A stretch of 64,000 nt of DNA from Euprymna scolopes. Taxonomy: Eukaryota. Below, in pieces: positions 1 to 12,269 of this stretch. Positions within the stretch are counted from its first letter, which is position 1. Each line of letters opens with the position of its first letter. A program made the position numbers and the translations under genes. The stretch is from the NCBI GenBank assembly GCA_053919585.1, contig CM132786.1. One strand, written 5' to 3'. The notes beneath the pieces were generated by a model that made no database searches, had not been told where the DNA came from, and was given only the letters and a program-made list of their open reading frames with translations.

Positions 1-510
1 CTTTGTCAAAATAACCATCTTTTTATTTCTTATTACTCGTATTTGTACTCTGTATCACCACACATTAAAAAAAAGACAACTGCCTACTCCATTTCATTCC
101 ATTGTTTTCTTAAATATAAACTGGTTTGTCCTGGGTTTGATTCACGCTGAAACGCAAGCAATCTTCTGATTAGTTTTGTAATTAATATTTTCCAATGATA
201 AATTTAATTATTTCATTTTTGTTTTCTACTTAACACAAATGGTGCCATAGCGGTTATCATTAAGCCCACAAAGCAATCTTTCTAGTTTTAATGGAACGCG
301 CAATGATTAATCTGAATGATCATTCGAAAGATGTGTTGGCCTCTGAATTAATTCGTCACCTGATCAAAGCAATAAAATCAGTTGTATGTTGTTAATTCCG
401 CAACCTATGTGGTATTTTCCTATTATCCTAAAAAATATAATGAACTTCTGTTTAACAGTTAAATAAGAAAACGGCATGCAAATGTAGCAAATCTCCTATT
501 GGTTTGTAAA

Positions 511-812
511 ATCATCATCATCATTGTCGTCGTGGTCATCATGTTGTCGTTGCCATCATCGTCGCCGTCGTGGCCCTCGTCATCATCGTCATCATCATCA
601 TCGTCATCATCGTTATCATCGTCGTCATCACCATCATCGTCATAATCATNNNNNNNNNNNNNNNNNNNNNNNNNNNNNNNNNNNNNNNNNNNNNNNNNNN
701 NNNNNNNNNNNNNNNNNNNNNNNNNNNNNNNNNNNNNNNNNNNNNNNNNNNNNNNNNNNNNNNNNNNNNNNNNNNNNNNNNNNNCATGATTATAATCATA
801 ATTATCATTATA
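511..812. repeat. (CAT/CGT)n trinucleotide microsatellite spanning an assembly gap (650-784)
   Basis: Visible catcat/cgtcgt runs; they generate the spurious poly-H/D/I/M ORFs. Confidence 0.95.
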
Positions 813-822
813 ATCTATTACA

Positions 823-931
823 TACAGCATACTTCAGGTTTACACATTGGTTTCCGTTAAATCATCGAAGTTAAGCAACGTTAATCCTAGTCAATGGGTG
901 ACAATTTATAGAATTCCGGGTGCTGTTTTTT
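823..931 (+). pseudogene. 5S rRNA-derived sequence (pseudogene or SINE3 head)
   Basis: ATCATCGAAGTTAAGCAACGT...ATGGGTGAC...GAATTCCGGGTGCTGT matches the invertebrate 5S A-box/C-box region and 3' end; it has a deletion around the intermediate element and is followed by T6. Confidence 0.8.
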
Positions 932-1144
932 GATCTTTGCTTATATCGACATTGTTTCCAGGCATCTAGCATATCTCTCTGCCACTGGACTCAAACACTG
1001 CCAATTCAGGAGACGGTGTGGCTGAGATTGCGACACCCTTGCTTAACAATTGCACACGCGGATACCGTTACATGGGTATCCATGTCTCTTGAGATTGAAC
1101 GGATAGATCGATATAATTATAATCGCTTTCATTATCATCGGATA

Positions 1145-1145
<1 letters not shown>

Positions 1146-1184
<39 letters not shown>

Positions 1185-1422
1185 TTCGCCTCGTTAATAA
1201 ATAAGCGTAGAAACTTAGGTCATAATAGCCATCATCGGGTGCATCATCATCATAATCATCATCACCATCATCATCATCGTCGTCGTCGTCGTCGTCATCA
1301 GTTAAATAATTATTATGGGGATCATCATTATCCTCATTATTATAATCATCATTATCTTTATGGTCGAACTAATAACGATCGGATTAATCATGATAATGAT
1401 CATCAGCGTCGTCTTCATCGAA

Positions 1423-1476
<54 letters not shown>

Positions 1477-1490
1477 GTCGTCATCGTAAA
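1146..1490. repeat. (CAT)n microsatellite cluster
   Basis: Pure (CAT)n runs at 1146-1183 and ~1425-1475 with degenerate repeats between. Confidence 0.95.
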
Positions 1491-1667
1491 TGGTGTTATC
1501 ATTACAGTTATCTTCGCCCCTTTAATCTACTTTACGGGCACTAACTTTATTTTACGATGCGTGTGTATTGTGTCATTGCTAAATTTGAAGAACCATATTC
1601 ATTGCTATTCACTCTTAAACTTGTAATTAGTATTTTAATCGATTTTTCTCGGTTAATTTTAATATTA

Positions 1668-2143
1668 CATAAGAGGGTGGGGCGCCTTTCTTTCCAGGTC
1701 TTAAAACACGCTTATCTATGATATTTTAATTTTTGTGTATATGTTATTATAGAGATGTGATTTTAAAAGTAAATAAAAAATACAACAGTATTTGACTGCC
1801 ATCAGCGTATATCGAAACCGGAGGCCAAGCTGTAGCGTTCAAAGCTGGTGACTTTAGCACCGTACCAACGTTACACGCATATGAATTGTATAAAAATTAA
1901 AAAAAAAAAACTAAGGTAAATGTACACAATGTATAACGATTTTGAACATTTGGATCCGTTTTTGACCCCTTAAAAGTATTTTAACCGGCTAAAGTGTCAT
2001 AAAAGAACGGTTAATAAAACATCCAATCATTTTAGGCTCCTAGCGCATCCCTGCAACTTTTAGTTTTAGAGGAGATAGAATTGGAAAATATGGAGACATA
2101 TAGACAGATTGACAGACAAACATATAGCCTTTTATATATTAGA
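1668..2143 (-). mobile_element. Non-autonomous Helitron-like element with internal tRNA-like segment
   Basis: Minus strand starts A|TCTAATATATAAAAG followed by (TGTC)n; collinear with 15520-15908; 3' hairpin/CTAG is degenerate. Confidence 0.55.
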
Positions 2144-2647
2144 TTACGTTGCTCTGTTCTTCTTAACTCGAGAAAAATTATTTTTCGCTGAACGCGTTGA
2201 TTGAATAAAGGCGCTCTAAGAATTTTCGACTTGCATTTTTATAACTTTTTTTTAAAGTCTTTCATCTAATTAAGGATTTATTTAAAAATCGATACTGCCA
2301 TTTAAACAAATAAGGAAGTGCGTGTGTTTATATTTTATGCAATTTAGTCTCTATCGATCATATCGAGGGATTGCGGTAAAATTTATTACCGTTAGAATAA
2401 TAATTAATATAATTAGTTACAGCTCATATCCAGCTTTTCAAATATTCAGTTTCATTCACACTTCAAAACGTTACTTTGATATTATCGGGTGTTCCTTGTT
2501 AATATTTTAAAACCAGTTAGTAACATTATAGGAGAAATTAAAAGGGAACAATCGTTGGTTAGTGAAACTTGCATTAGCATTTCGAGCGATAAAAATTCAG
2601 AAACGTTCACAGTGAAAAAATTTATTGTCCAATAATTAAAAACTAGT

Positions 2648-3002
2648 TGGTTGGTTGGTTGGTTGTTTTTTGTTTTACGGCATATCAACCCTTTTCGTGG
2701 TTTTTAATGCCGAATCCAAAGATTTTGAAGAATTTTTTTTTTAATAGAATATATTTTTTGTTTTCACGTCAGTTTCTATTTAAGCCATAGTTGGGACCCT
2801 AACAGGTACTACCACTCCGGGTCAGAGTGGACCTGGGAGCAATGGTAATTAAAGGGTGGCTCCACACTCCTCAAAGCCCACAAGCTGGGGCCTCACCACT
2901 GGATATAGTTTAAGTTCATATCCAGGACCCTCATTGAGAGACTTTTACCCTCTGCAGGGGGGGGGGCAGTCGGCGTATACTAATGCCCCACCGACAGGGC
3001 CG
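2648..3002 (-). mobile_element. Full-length ~350-bp SINE-like retroposon, copy A
   Basis: Five related copies in the window; (AACC)n tail, 3' stem-loop GGCAT..ACC..GGTTGATATGCC; TSD ttaaaaactagt (2636-2647) / ttaaatactagt (3003-3014). Confidence 0.85.
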
Positions 3003-3945
3003 TTAAATACTAGTAAATATATGCGAAATCACACGTCACTATTTGCGTAAGAACAAACTGACATTGATGCTGCTGACTCTTTTTTATTTTTGGAGGTGCA
3101 GTCTAGTTTTTTTTATTTTGAATGTTTTTGTAGGGCTTATGAATGTATATGTGTTTTACTCTGATATTATATTGCAAACTATACACCGTTGTTTGTTGCA
3201 TTTTGTGACTTATTGTATTTCGTGTTAATTTAGTTTCGATGAAGTAACTTGACAGCAACTGTTTCGTTGGGCAGAATCAGTCATGCACTTATTATGTCAA
3301 TGCTTGAATATTTTCCGCCCTTTTGTCACCAGATAAAAAGGAACATCAACTTTATTAGAAAATAAAGGAAGATATGTGTGATTACAAAATCCGAAAATCC
3401 GAAGTGAGGTCCCAATTGTTTTTTTCTTTTATTTACGCCAAATTTAAATCTTGTAAAGTTGATAAGTTTCTTTTTCTGGTTAGGTAAAGGCTGAATAAAT
3501 TTCAAAAAATGACAATAATTACATGAAAGATTCTGCTCTATAAAAATTGGGACGTAAAGAATTTAACGTTTTATATACTTAAAAGAATAACGGGACTGCG
3601 GCTTGAAATTTGGAATGTAGACTTTTGTCATCTATTATATAAAGAGCAAAATGGGTGCGAACGTTTTTGTACGGGCATCTCGCGCCGATAAGATTCTGCG
3701 AGAACATTTCGCATATTTCCCAGATCGTAATGTATTGCATTCGCAAACAGATATCATCTCTATTTTTCTTTTTGATCGAATTAAACAAAAATACCACAGT
3801 ACCGTCGTCTCTAGTGTTTGTCTTTTTCGTATAAATAAAGTGACACTATTCTAGCGCAAAAACCTGGCCTTCAAACCGGGTAGTATCTGTTCTGTAATTG
3901 GTCCTCGGTCAATGTAAGGAAAACCTTCACACTAAGACGATTACT

Positions 3946-4340
3946 TTAGGGTTTGTGTTCCTTCATAGAAGTGCTGGTTGAGTTTGAATGAAATAAATAC
4001 GCATGTTTGAAGCCAAAAACAACGCATTATTACAAAATAATCAGATATTTATTTCGTTTGAAATTTATATTGAAATTTGTAAATATATTTTGAAGATGCA
4101 CTTCATCATCAGTATGTCTTTTTTGTTCTTATTTTTTCATTGACATGTTGTTGTTGTTGGAGCACAGAGTCAGCACAAGTCCGTTTGCTGTTTTCACGGT
4201 AGTCTTTTCAAATGTTGGATTGATGCGTTGGTCACGCAAAATTCACGTTAGGGTTTGGGTTCCTTTATAGACGCGTTGGTTGAGTTTGAATGAAATAAAT
4301 ACATATTAGATACGTTTGAAGCCAAAACAACGAAATTAAT
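3946..4340 (+). repeat. ~90-bp diverged direct repeat (3946-4030 and 4248-4340)
   Basis: Both begin ttagggtttg.gttcctt and share ggttgagtttgaatgaaataaatac...tttgaagccaaaa. Confidence 0.8.
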
Positions 4341-7022
4341 AGAGAGTTTTACATTACATGAACGCGAAATATTTTGAGGAGCAGGTAAGTCAAAATCGTG
4401 CTCTCTATTTAACTTAGAAAAAACATTTACCACGGATGTTTCCATCTTATTTTTAAAAAAATACTTGGGAGAATCATCTGTGTTTCTGCTTTGTACAAAC
4501 AGTTTACCAAATGAGATAAATATCCGCTTATCTTATCTAAGCTAAACATCGCCTTCGACAAACATTTAAACGGAATAGAAACGTGCGCATCTCAATTCCA
4601 ATGAACTGATGCAAATGTTTAGAGCAAACCCCCACCGTAACACTGACACGTAAGGGACTACTTTGAATTCAAAAAATAAACAAAAAAACTATGCTTTCAC
4701 AGACAATCCGATTAGAGGGATTAACACCGAGATTTCTTTTAACATTATCTTTAATTTTTCGAATATTATACAGCCAGGGAAACAAAAATGGGAATTCTTA
4801 ATTCTATAAGGTCAAAAGAAAAAATAACATAAGTAGAAAGCTTTCCAATATCCGGTGATCTCTATTGTTAAGAGTGTAATTTTCCAGATTGTTGGATAAG
4901 TCGTGCGTATATACGTGAAAAATGAATCATTACCATCAGTTTGTCAAAGCACATTCCACGAAAGTACTTATATAGCAATCACAGACATGCAGCATTACAG
5001 CGATGGAAAAAGTGGTCGGAACATTCTTGACAGTGCACGTCTTATTAGATTGGGTAATATTGTTTGCAACCTGTCTAAGAAAAGACTACTTGTTTATGCA
5101 CCAAATCATATGTGGCAACAATCTGCTGTTAAATAGGCTGGACAACAGCAAAAATAAATAAATAAAATAAATAAATAAACAAAAGTTCAGGTAGAATTTG
5201 TCACTGTCAACTGTCTCTCTGAACTTCCGGCACGCGTTCTCCCCACCATCTCTGCTAACAGGCATTTTATTAAAAAAAAAAAAAAACTGACTCCATTCCA
5301 TTTGCATATGTGTGGGCGATGAGATTTCGTGCGATTCCAGAAGAGTACACCTTATAAATTCATGGCCGACATCTTTCGTCTCTCTCTCTCTCTCACAGTT
5401 CCCTATCTGAAGGTAAGTCGTGTAGCCACATAATGCACACACACATGGACGCTTTCTTATTTGTTTATTACATTCAACTCTACACAACCCTATATGCATG
5501 GACGAATAACGACTTTGTAGAGATATATGTCGTGTTACTATTTTGCAATAGCTTCTTTCACTTTTGTAAATAAATTTGCTTTAGTTTGACCTTAATACCA
5601 AATTTATATTTAAAAAGTCAAACATGCTTAAAACGAAACTATTTACTCCAAGCCTGACGGTGAATTATGCATTCATTATTAATTCCATGTAATTCACAAC
5701 AGGTCGCTTTCATTACGACGTTTTGTAATCTTTTTTATCGTTTTCTCATAATAAAGTGCATTTTTAATTTTCCGTAGCAATTTGTTTTTTTGCGTCAATA
5801 AAGTTTAAATATTGAAATATGTAATGTAAATTTTCCTTCAAAGAATAAATAGTCATATCAAAATACTAGGAATATTTACATAAGTACACGGCCTATTTTT
5901 ATAAGTGCGTTCGAAATAATAAAATATAACGTTCTAAATTTAAAAAAAGAGCCAAATCTATCGTTATTTTATTCCTCGAGTTTTTCTTGTCGCTTTTAGT
6001 TGAAATCAACTTAAAATTCACAAGAATTTTAATATTTCCTATAACATTTTATATGAAATTTTCGTGTGTTCTGTTTTGACGATTTTTAATGATCTAATCT
6101 TCAAACATGTCCGAGAGTTTTAATATTTATACTAAAAATTCATAATTCAAAACAGTTAAACCCGGATATAATAGACTTCTTATCCGGTTCATAACAGTCT
6201 CTATTTATACTTGTACCCGGACTAAACTGTACACTAACATAGGCTATAATTTGGCATGTTAACATACGCTCTAATTTAGGACCAGAGAAAATCTATTTTA
6301 TATCCGTTATTCTTATATTCATGTCTCTTATATCTGGGTTACCTTAACATGAAACAGGCCAACAATTGTTCTTTGTAAAAAAAAATAGTTATAATACATG
6401 AGGCAATAATAAATTTATGTTACTTACATGTTTCGAAATATTTTTGACAGGTAACAATAACCCGTATCATTAGGATTTTCTCATGTGTGATGTAATACAA
6501 TGTTTTATACAAATATTATTACGCAACGGGTATAAAGTTAAGAATATCATTTTAAATGACGGTTCTATATTTGGTTGAAGATTCAGTTCTTACCACAGGC
6601 GATACTACGACTTTAATTAAAACTCGTCCCACGTAACAGCTTGTGCAACAAGCACAATTTACCCGGTGGATTGAATTATATTGTATAGTTTCAAATTCCT
6701 TCTGATTACAAAGTTCTGCATAAGAATACTGAGTTTGGCATCATGAACTTTATGAAATGTATAGGTTATTGCGATCGATTGCTTTGAATTATATGTAACT
6801 CCAGTATAAATAATGAAAACTCTCTGGCATGGTCAATGTTTAGATCATTCCAAATCGTCGATGAATGAACGAAAATGTCATATAAACATGTCATCATATA
6901 AAAGATTCTAATTCTTGTAAATAAAAACTTGATTCCAATTAAAAGCGATGATATAGGCAAGACGGAAGAAATAACAATAGAGTAAGCAGTTGTTTTTAAT
7001 ATATATATCTATATATATATAT

Positions 7023-7058
<36 letters not shown>

Positions 7059-7151
7059 TGTATTATTTCTCAAGCTTTTATAAAAAAAAAAACAGCCCGC
7101 GTACTTATGTAATGATTCTTACTATTTTTAAAATAAATTTGAAAAACACTA

Positions 7152-7735
7152 CAGGATGTCCAAAATGTAACTGAAGGGTTTTAAACTTAAATGTATCATT
7201 TATTTTCATGATATTTCTGTAATTCAATCACAATCTGACTAAGACAGTTGACATTATTTTTTAAATGCAAAAATGAAACAATCTTTATTCATGAAAATGA
7301 ATGTCTTAAATGTTTCCCATTTTAAGCTTCGCGTAATTGTGCTCTTTCCAAAACATTAAGCATGATAGAGTGCAGAATCTCTGAATTGCGATTTAATTTC
7401 CTAACTTCGTTCCCGATGTTTTTCTACAATTTATGCAGGGTTATGCGTTAGACGTTTCGAGGCCTTCCAGCTCACGAAACGAAATAACCGAGCTAAATCG
7501 CAATCACGATATTCTGCAGTCTGTCATGAATAATATTTTGAAAAAAAGCACAGATATGCGAAACTAAAATTTGTCACTATCTAAAAACATTATTTGTCAT
7601 GAATAAAGATTGTTTGATTTTTCATTTTGTAAGGATTTCAACTGTCTTAGCCAGATTGTGTTCAAATTACAGAAACATATCAAAAAAAAAATCTATTTAA
7701 GTTCATAATCCTTCAGTGGCTTTTGGAACATCCTG
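7152..7735. mobile_element. Fold-back MITE (Tc1/mariner-type ends) with ~250-bp inverted arms
   Basis: TA|CAGGATGT...ACATCCTG|TG; internal inverted matches such as cacaatctgactaagacagttg/caactgtcttagccagattgtg and aacaatctttattcatga/tcatgaataaagattgtt. Confidence 0.8.
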
Positions 7736-8316
7736 TGTAAGAAGTGAGAGTAGTTGTGATAATCTAAATTCATACTAAGTGCTTGACTTTATTGAATTTC
7801 TTTTTAAGTTCTTAATAATGCCTCAATATTAAAAGCGATTCATTAGAAATCAAGTAACTTCACACCTATTGATAATATTATGTAATAAAACATTTACTAC
7901 GACTATTCGTGTCGTTTAAATTGCACCCGTTTACTGTGTCAATAAATGTTATTAGTTTACTTCAATCATTTACTTTCTTGGCCTTAGTTTACAGACAAAT
8001 GATACAAATACACATTTAATGAAAAAAGACACGCCGACTTGTTTGAAACGACATCTGTTCAAGTGATTCGACTGTTTCAGAATTTCGTTTGATAAACTTT
8101 TTCATTAAATCATTTTTGAAACAGTAACCATTTTTAATCGAAATTGTAAAATTACAGCTGTGTATCATGTTATATTAAAAGATTACACCTATAGCCATAA
8201 TAACATAGCTGAGGAACATCATCCCTTCACCTGACAAAGTAAGAATGAGCTAAATTATATCTGGACTTTGCTTCTTTATATTGTTTAAAATCTGATCGAA
8301 AATGTTAACAAAAATA

Positions 8317-8392
8317 TATGGTTGGTGCAAAATTAATGTTTTAATGTATATAGTTGAACATCAAAAACGACATTATTTATGCACCAACCTAA
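8317..8392. mobile_element. 76-bp MADE1-like mariner MITE
   Basis: TA-flanked; ends tatggttggtgcaaaa / ttatgcaccaacctaa resemble Hsmar1/cecropia-type TIRs. Confidence 0.8.
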
Positions 8393-8427
8393 TATTTATA
8401 TATAAACTAATAAAGCTGATATATTTT

Positions 8428-8539
8428 AAAACGTTTTATTACTATAATAAAACATTGTATTGCTATAATAAAACATTGTATTGCTATAATAAAACATTGT
8501 ATTGCTATAATAAAACATTTTATTGCTATAATAAAACAT
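8428..8539 (+). repeat. 21-bp minisatellite, ~5.3 copies
   Basis: Unit aaaacattgtattgctataat. Confidence 0.95.
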
Positions 8540-9630
8540 ATCTTCTCATCAGATTACGAAGAATCGGAGGCAGAAAAACCCTCGACTCTTAATTTATAGA
8601 TCAAACTTAAATCCAAGATTGTGTAAGATTTGATATTTTATTGGCTATAATATCGGAAAAAAAATAGCGAGGTTCTCTGATTTAGAGAACTGAATTTATC
8701 GTTAATGCAGCGGTATTTATCTTTGACGTGTCTTCGGTCTTAATGATAGTTTTAGAAATAGAAAAATTAATTCGGTCTGAAGTAAAACCAAAATTTTGGC
8801 CAGGTTTCATACAGCTTGATCAAGTAGTGTAAATGATAAGGTGTACACAATGACATCAAACGAAAATCTAACACCCCTTACTGGAGGTAAACAATATAGA
8901 ACGATACTATTTTTTTTTATTGAACGAAGTTAAAAGTAAATCTGTATGTACCTCACTTATTGTGGAGGTCTAATTGATCGTTAATAACAATTCAACAAAA
9001 TAAATATATATCAATTAATTCAAATCTGAGAACATAACAAAAGGGTGAATTATACCTTGTTACGTTATTCCTCCTGTAATTGATCTGTTTGATTTTTTTA
9101 TTGGCTCAATGGGTTCCCATTCTTGTTTAGAATTATTTCTGTCCAGCAAACAAAAAAGTAAAACTGCATAATTCTAGGGAAATACTAGCAAGCAACTAAG
9201 CGCTGCCTGGTCGTAAAATACGCATAATATTATATATATTTTTTTATACAGAATGTGAGACATGAGCATGCGAATATTATATGTTATTTTTTCTAAACAG
9301 GTTATTTTTTGTAATATACAAAAGTACTTAAACTGAGATCGAAACAAAAACCGAAAAAACAGTAAGTCAAGTATGATAACCATTAGGCCAACTTGACACG
9401 GATTTTAAAAATCTTTTAAAACCTAGTTGTTCTTAATAGAAGTAATGTTTTACAAAGAAATAGAAATTTGACGGCCCCCACGTAGCAATTTTTCATTTTT
9501 GACCACTGATAGATGAAAAAGAATTAAAGATTTATCATATGTCTGAATAGATTATAAACACAATTTCAAATCTGTAGATCAAACGTTCAGTGAGTATATA
9601 GGTTGAGAAGTGTCCTCACATACATTCTCA

Positions 9631-9689
<59 letters not shown>

Positions 9690-9777
9690 TTGTATATATA
9701 TAGTCGTAGTATGTATCGCCAAGATTGCGAACTACAAAAATACGTATGTCACGTAAGTATTTATCTCTCTTCCACAG

Positions 9778-10013
9778 CGAGAAGTTATGACAGAAGATCG
9801 GAATGGCAGGAAGTTAGTCAACGGCTATAAAAATAACATTATTTTTAGGGCTACCCATTAGATTTGCATCAGTCACTCGGAATGTTTCATTTTCTGTTAG
9901 ACTGAGTGTCCAAACTACGGCTTTGTGTACTTCGAAAGTAGGGAGACCACACCGAGTGTCGCTACCGCTCGGTCTACTTATACGGTTATGAAGAATGCAT
10001 GTATTCTGCATGG
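9778..10013 (+). other. Candidate spliced exons 9778-9812 and 9901-10013 (unverified)
   Basis: Acceptors tctctcttccacag and tttcattttctgttag, donors gttagt and gtgagt; joined frame RSYDRRSEWQE-TECPNYGFVYFESRETTPSVATARSTYTVMKNACILHG is open; no recognised homologue. Confidence 0.25.
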
Positions 10014-10263
10014 GTGAGTCGGCACTTCAAAATATTTGCACCGCAAAAGGCAATTTCGGCTTTGGGTTGAAGGTCGATGGATTTTTTTCTTTTTACCCAT
10101 TCATAACTGTTGTTGGTTTGATTGGGTGCGTTAGGGTCGAACGAAACAAATTAGCGTGAATTTTCCATTATTCTACGGGTAATGTGTCTCTTGTGTCATC
10201 TGAGTGACGCCTTTCTAAGCTAATTTTGGTGACATTTATTGATATGTTCTGTAAATTATATGA

Positions 10264-10538
10264 TGGTTGGTTTGTTGTTTATGTGTTACGGCATATCAAC
10301 CCTTTTCGGAGTATTTAATTCCGAATCCAAAGATTTTGAAGAATTTTTTTTTTAATAGAATATATTGGTTGTTTTCAAGTCGGTTTCTATGTAACCCATA
10401 GTTGGAACCCTAACTGGTACTACCACTCCGGGTCAGAGTGGACCTGGGAGCAATGGCAACTAAACGGTGGCTCCACACTTTCCAAAGCCTGCAAGCTTTG
10501 GCGTTTCCACTGGATATAGTTTAAGGTCATATCCAGGA
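10264..10538 (-). mobile_element. SINE-like family copy C, 5'-truncated
   Basis: Aligns with the 3' ~280 bp of copy A (ccactccgggtcagagtggacctgggagcaatgg core). Confidence 0.85.
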
Positions 10539-11241
10539 CGTAAATGGTGTGATATACTTTATATCGCCTGTCTTTACAATTTGATTAAATGTCTACTGTT
10601 CTTTGCTTATATCATTTATTATTTTCTGAATGACATCCAAGGTTCCTAGCCCAAGTTTGGTTATTTTGTATACTTTTATGTTCATGGAAAGATACTGAAA
10701 TGTTAGAAGGTAGTATAGGCGAACAATTTTCGTATTAATCAACCCCACTTGCGGCTCGGTTGGGTATTGATTTTTGCATTTTCCTTAACGCCTTAACCGC
10801 CTTTTGTTTTGCGTATACACACCTTTTTATGCAACCCTGGGACTATATTTTCTGTTCACTTTTAATTGCTGTTTCCTTATTTCTCGACGTATTTTGGAAT
10901 TATATTATCTTCACTGCTTTCGTTGGTGTGCTCTATGCAATTCATTCGAATAGTTTTTTTTTTTTTTTTTGGTTTTATTTAATTCGTTTGAATAGTTGTT
11001 GGTTGTTTATTCATAAACATTTTTTATTTCGTACTCTAAGTTTCGTTTCTTGGACTTTATTTAGCTTACATATTTTCTGTTAATAAGTTTTCATATAGTG
11101 TTAGAACGCACACCGTTAACCTTTTAATAAACACGTTAAAATTTACTGGTAAATATAATTCTTCAATAAAATTAATTTTATTGCTAGTCACCGTGCACGC
11201 TGACTTTAATATTTCTGTTAAGTTTCTTCCACGTAAGCAAA

Positions 11242-11722
11242 TCTATTATGTAAATCTTACCTGTCTGTTTAAATGTATTTTTCTATGTTTGTATGTATGT
11301 ATGTTTGTATGTATGCATGTTTGCATGTTTGTATGCTTGTATATTTGTTTATATGTTTGTATGTATGTTTGTTTGTATGTTTGCCTAAAACTTTCAACAG
11401 AGTCGATAGATTTTCGCGAGATCGGACGACAAACACGAAAAAATTGGCTAAAACATTAACTTCTTCACCTTCAACTGGGCACTTTTCTACAAGTAGAGAG
11501 TCGCCTTTTTCGCCGATATGTTCGAAAGACATCCACTCTTTTCGATTGTCTACCCTTAATTTAAACCTCCGCCACTTCCGGTTTGGCAATAGACGCAACG
11601 GCAAAGAGGTCACTTTTTGCACGTCCTTTTTTTTCCATCGCGGTACGGGTTCGAGCCCGTGTTCCTAGTACACTTTTTTTTTGTTCAACACACACCTTCA
11701 GACACTCGGGCACCCAGGCTAG
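11242..11722 (+). mobile_element. Non-autonomous Helitron
   Basis: A|TC start, (TGTA/TGTT)n near the 5' end, GC-rich ctcgggcacccagg then CTAG|T end; homologous to the reverse complement of 20493-20915. Confidence 0.7.
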
Positions 11723-12182
11723 TTTATAAATAAAACTTCGAAGTGTCCAACTCTAATTTAATGGTTTTATTAAATATATTGACTATTATTTATTGGCGTA
11801 AATTTTCGTTGACTTTTCTTGGTCTGATTCTATTCGTTCGTTTGCGTTTGATCCTACAAGGAAATATATTGTTACCAAGCTTGTACCAATTTTAACAAGT
11901 TTTAATCTGAAACGGGCATAAGATCTCCCCAGTGTTATTTTCCACATTGTCCATTTCTCTTCTCACCGTTTGAAGAGATGGTAATATAATGCTAATCTAC
12001 TGAGGTGCCCCAACCCTAGAATATTGAAGGGGACGTGTCGGGATTGTAACCTTTCGTTTAGATCTTAGAGTAATACTTTATTTGTTTTTGTGCGTTTAAA
12101 TATGTTAGTTGTCATTTTCATTTTAGAGAAGTAATTTTCCCCCTTATACTATGAATGTAGCTGAACAGTGTCTTATTTCTCT

Positions 12183-12258
12183 TTTTTTGAACCGTGTCAT
12201 TTTTTTTAGCCGTGCCATTTTTTGAACCGTGCCATTTTTTGAACCGTGCCATTTTTAA
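12183..12258 (+). repeat. ~17-bp tandem repeat, ~4 copies
   Basis: Unit tttttgaaccgtgccat. Confidence 0.9.
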
Positions 12259-12269
12259 ATGTGTACTTT

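Noticed and set aside
459-1626. Poly-His/Asp/Ile/Met ORFs
   Set aside because: Translations of (CAT)n microsatellites and N gaps
8302-8592. ORF with repeated YCYNKTL; possible CRISPR-like array
   Set aside because: Spacer-less 21-bp minisatellite plus a MITE; no unique spacers and a eukaryotic context
11996-12050. PPT-like purine run followed by TGT, similar to 18677-18727
   Set aside because: The two ~50-bp pieces are similar, but I could not delimit LTRs or TSDs
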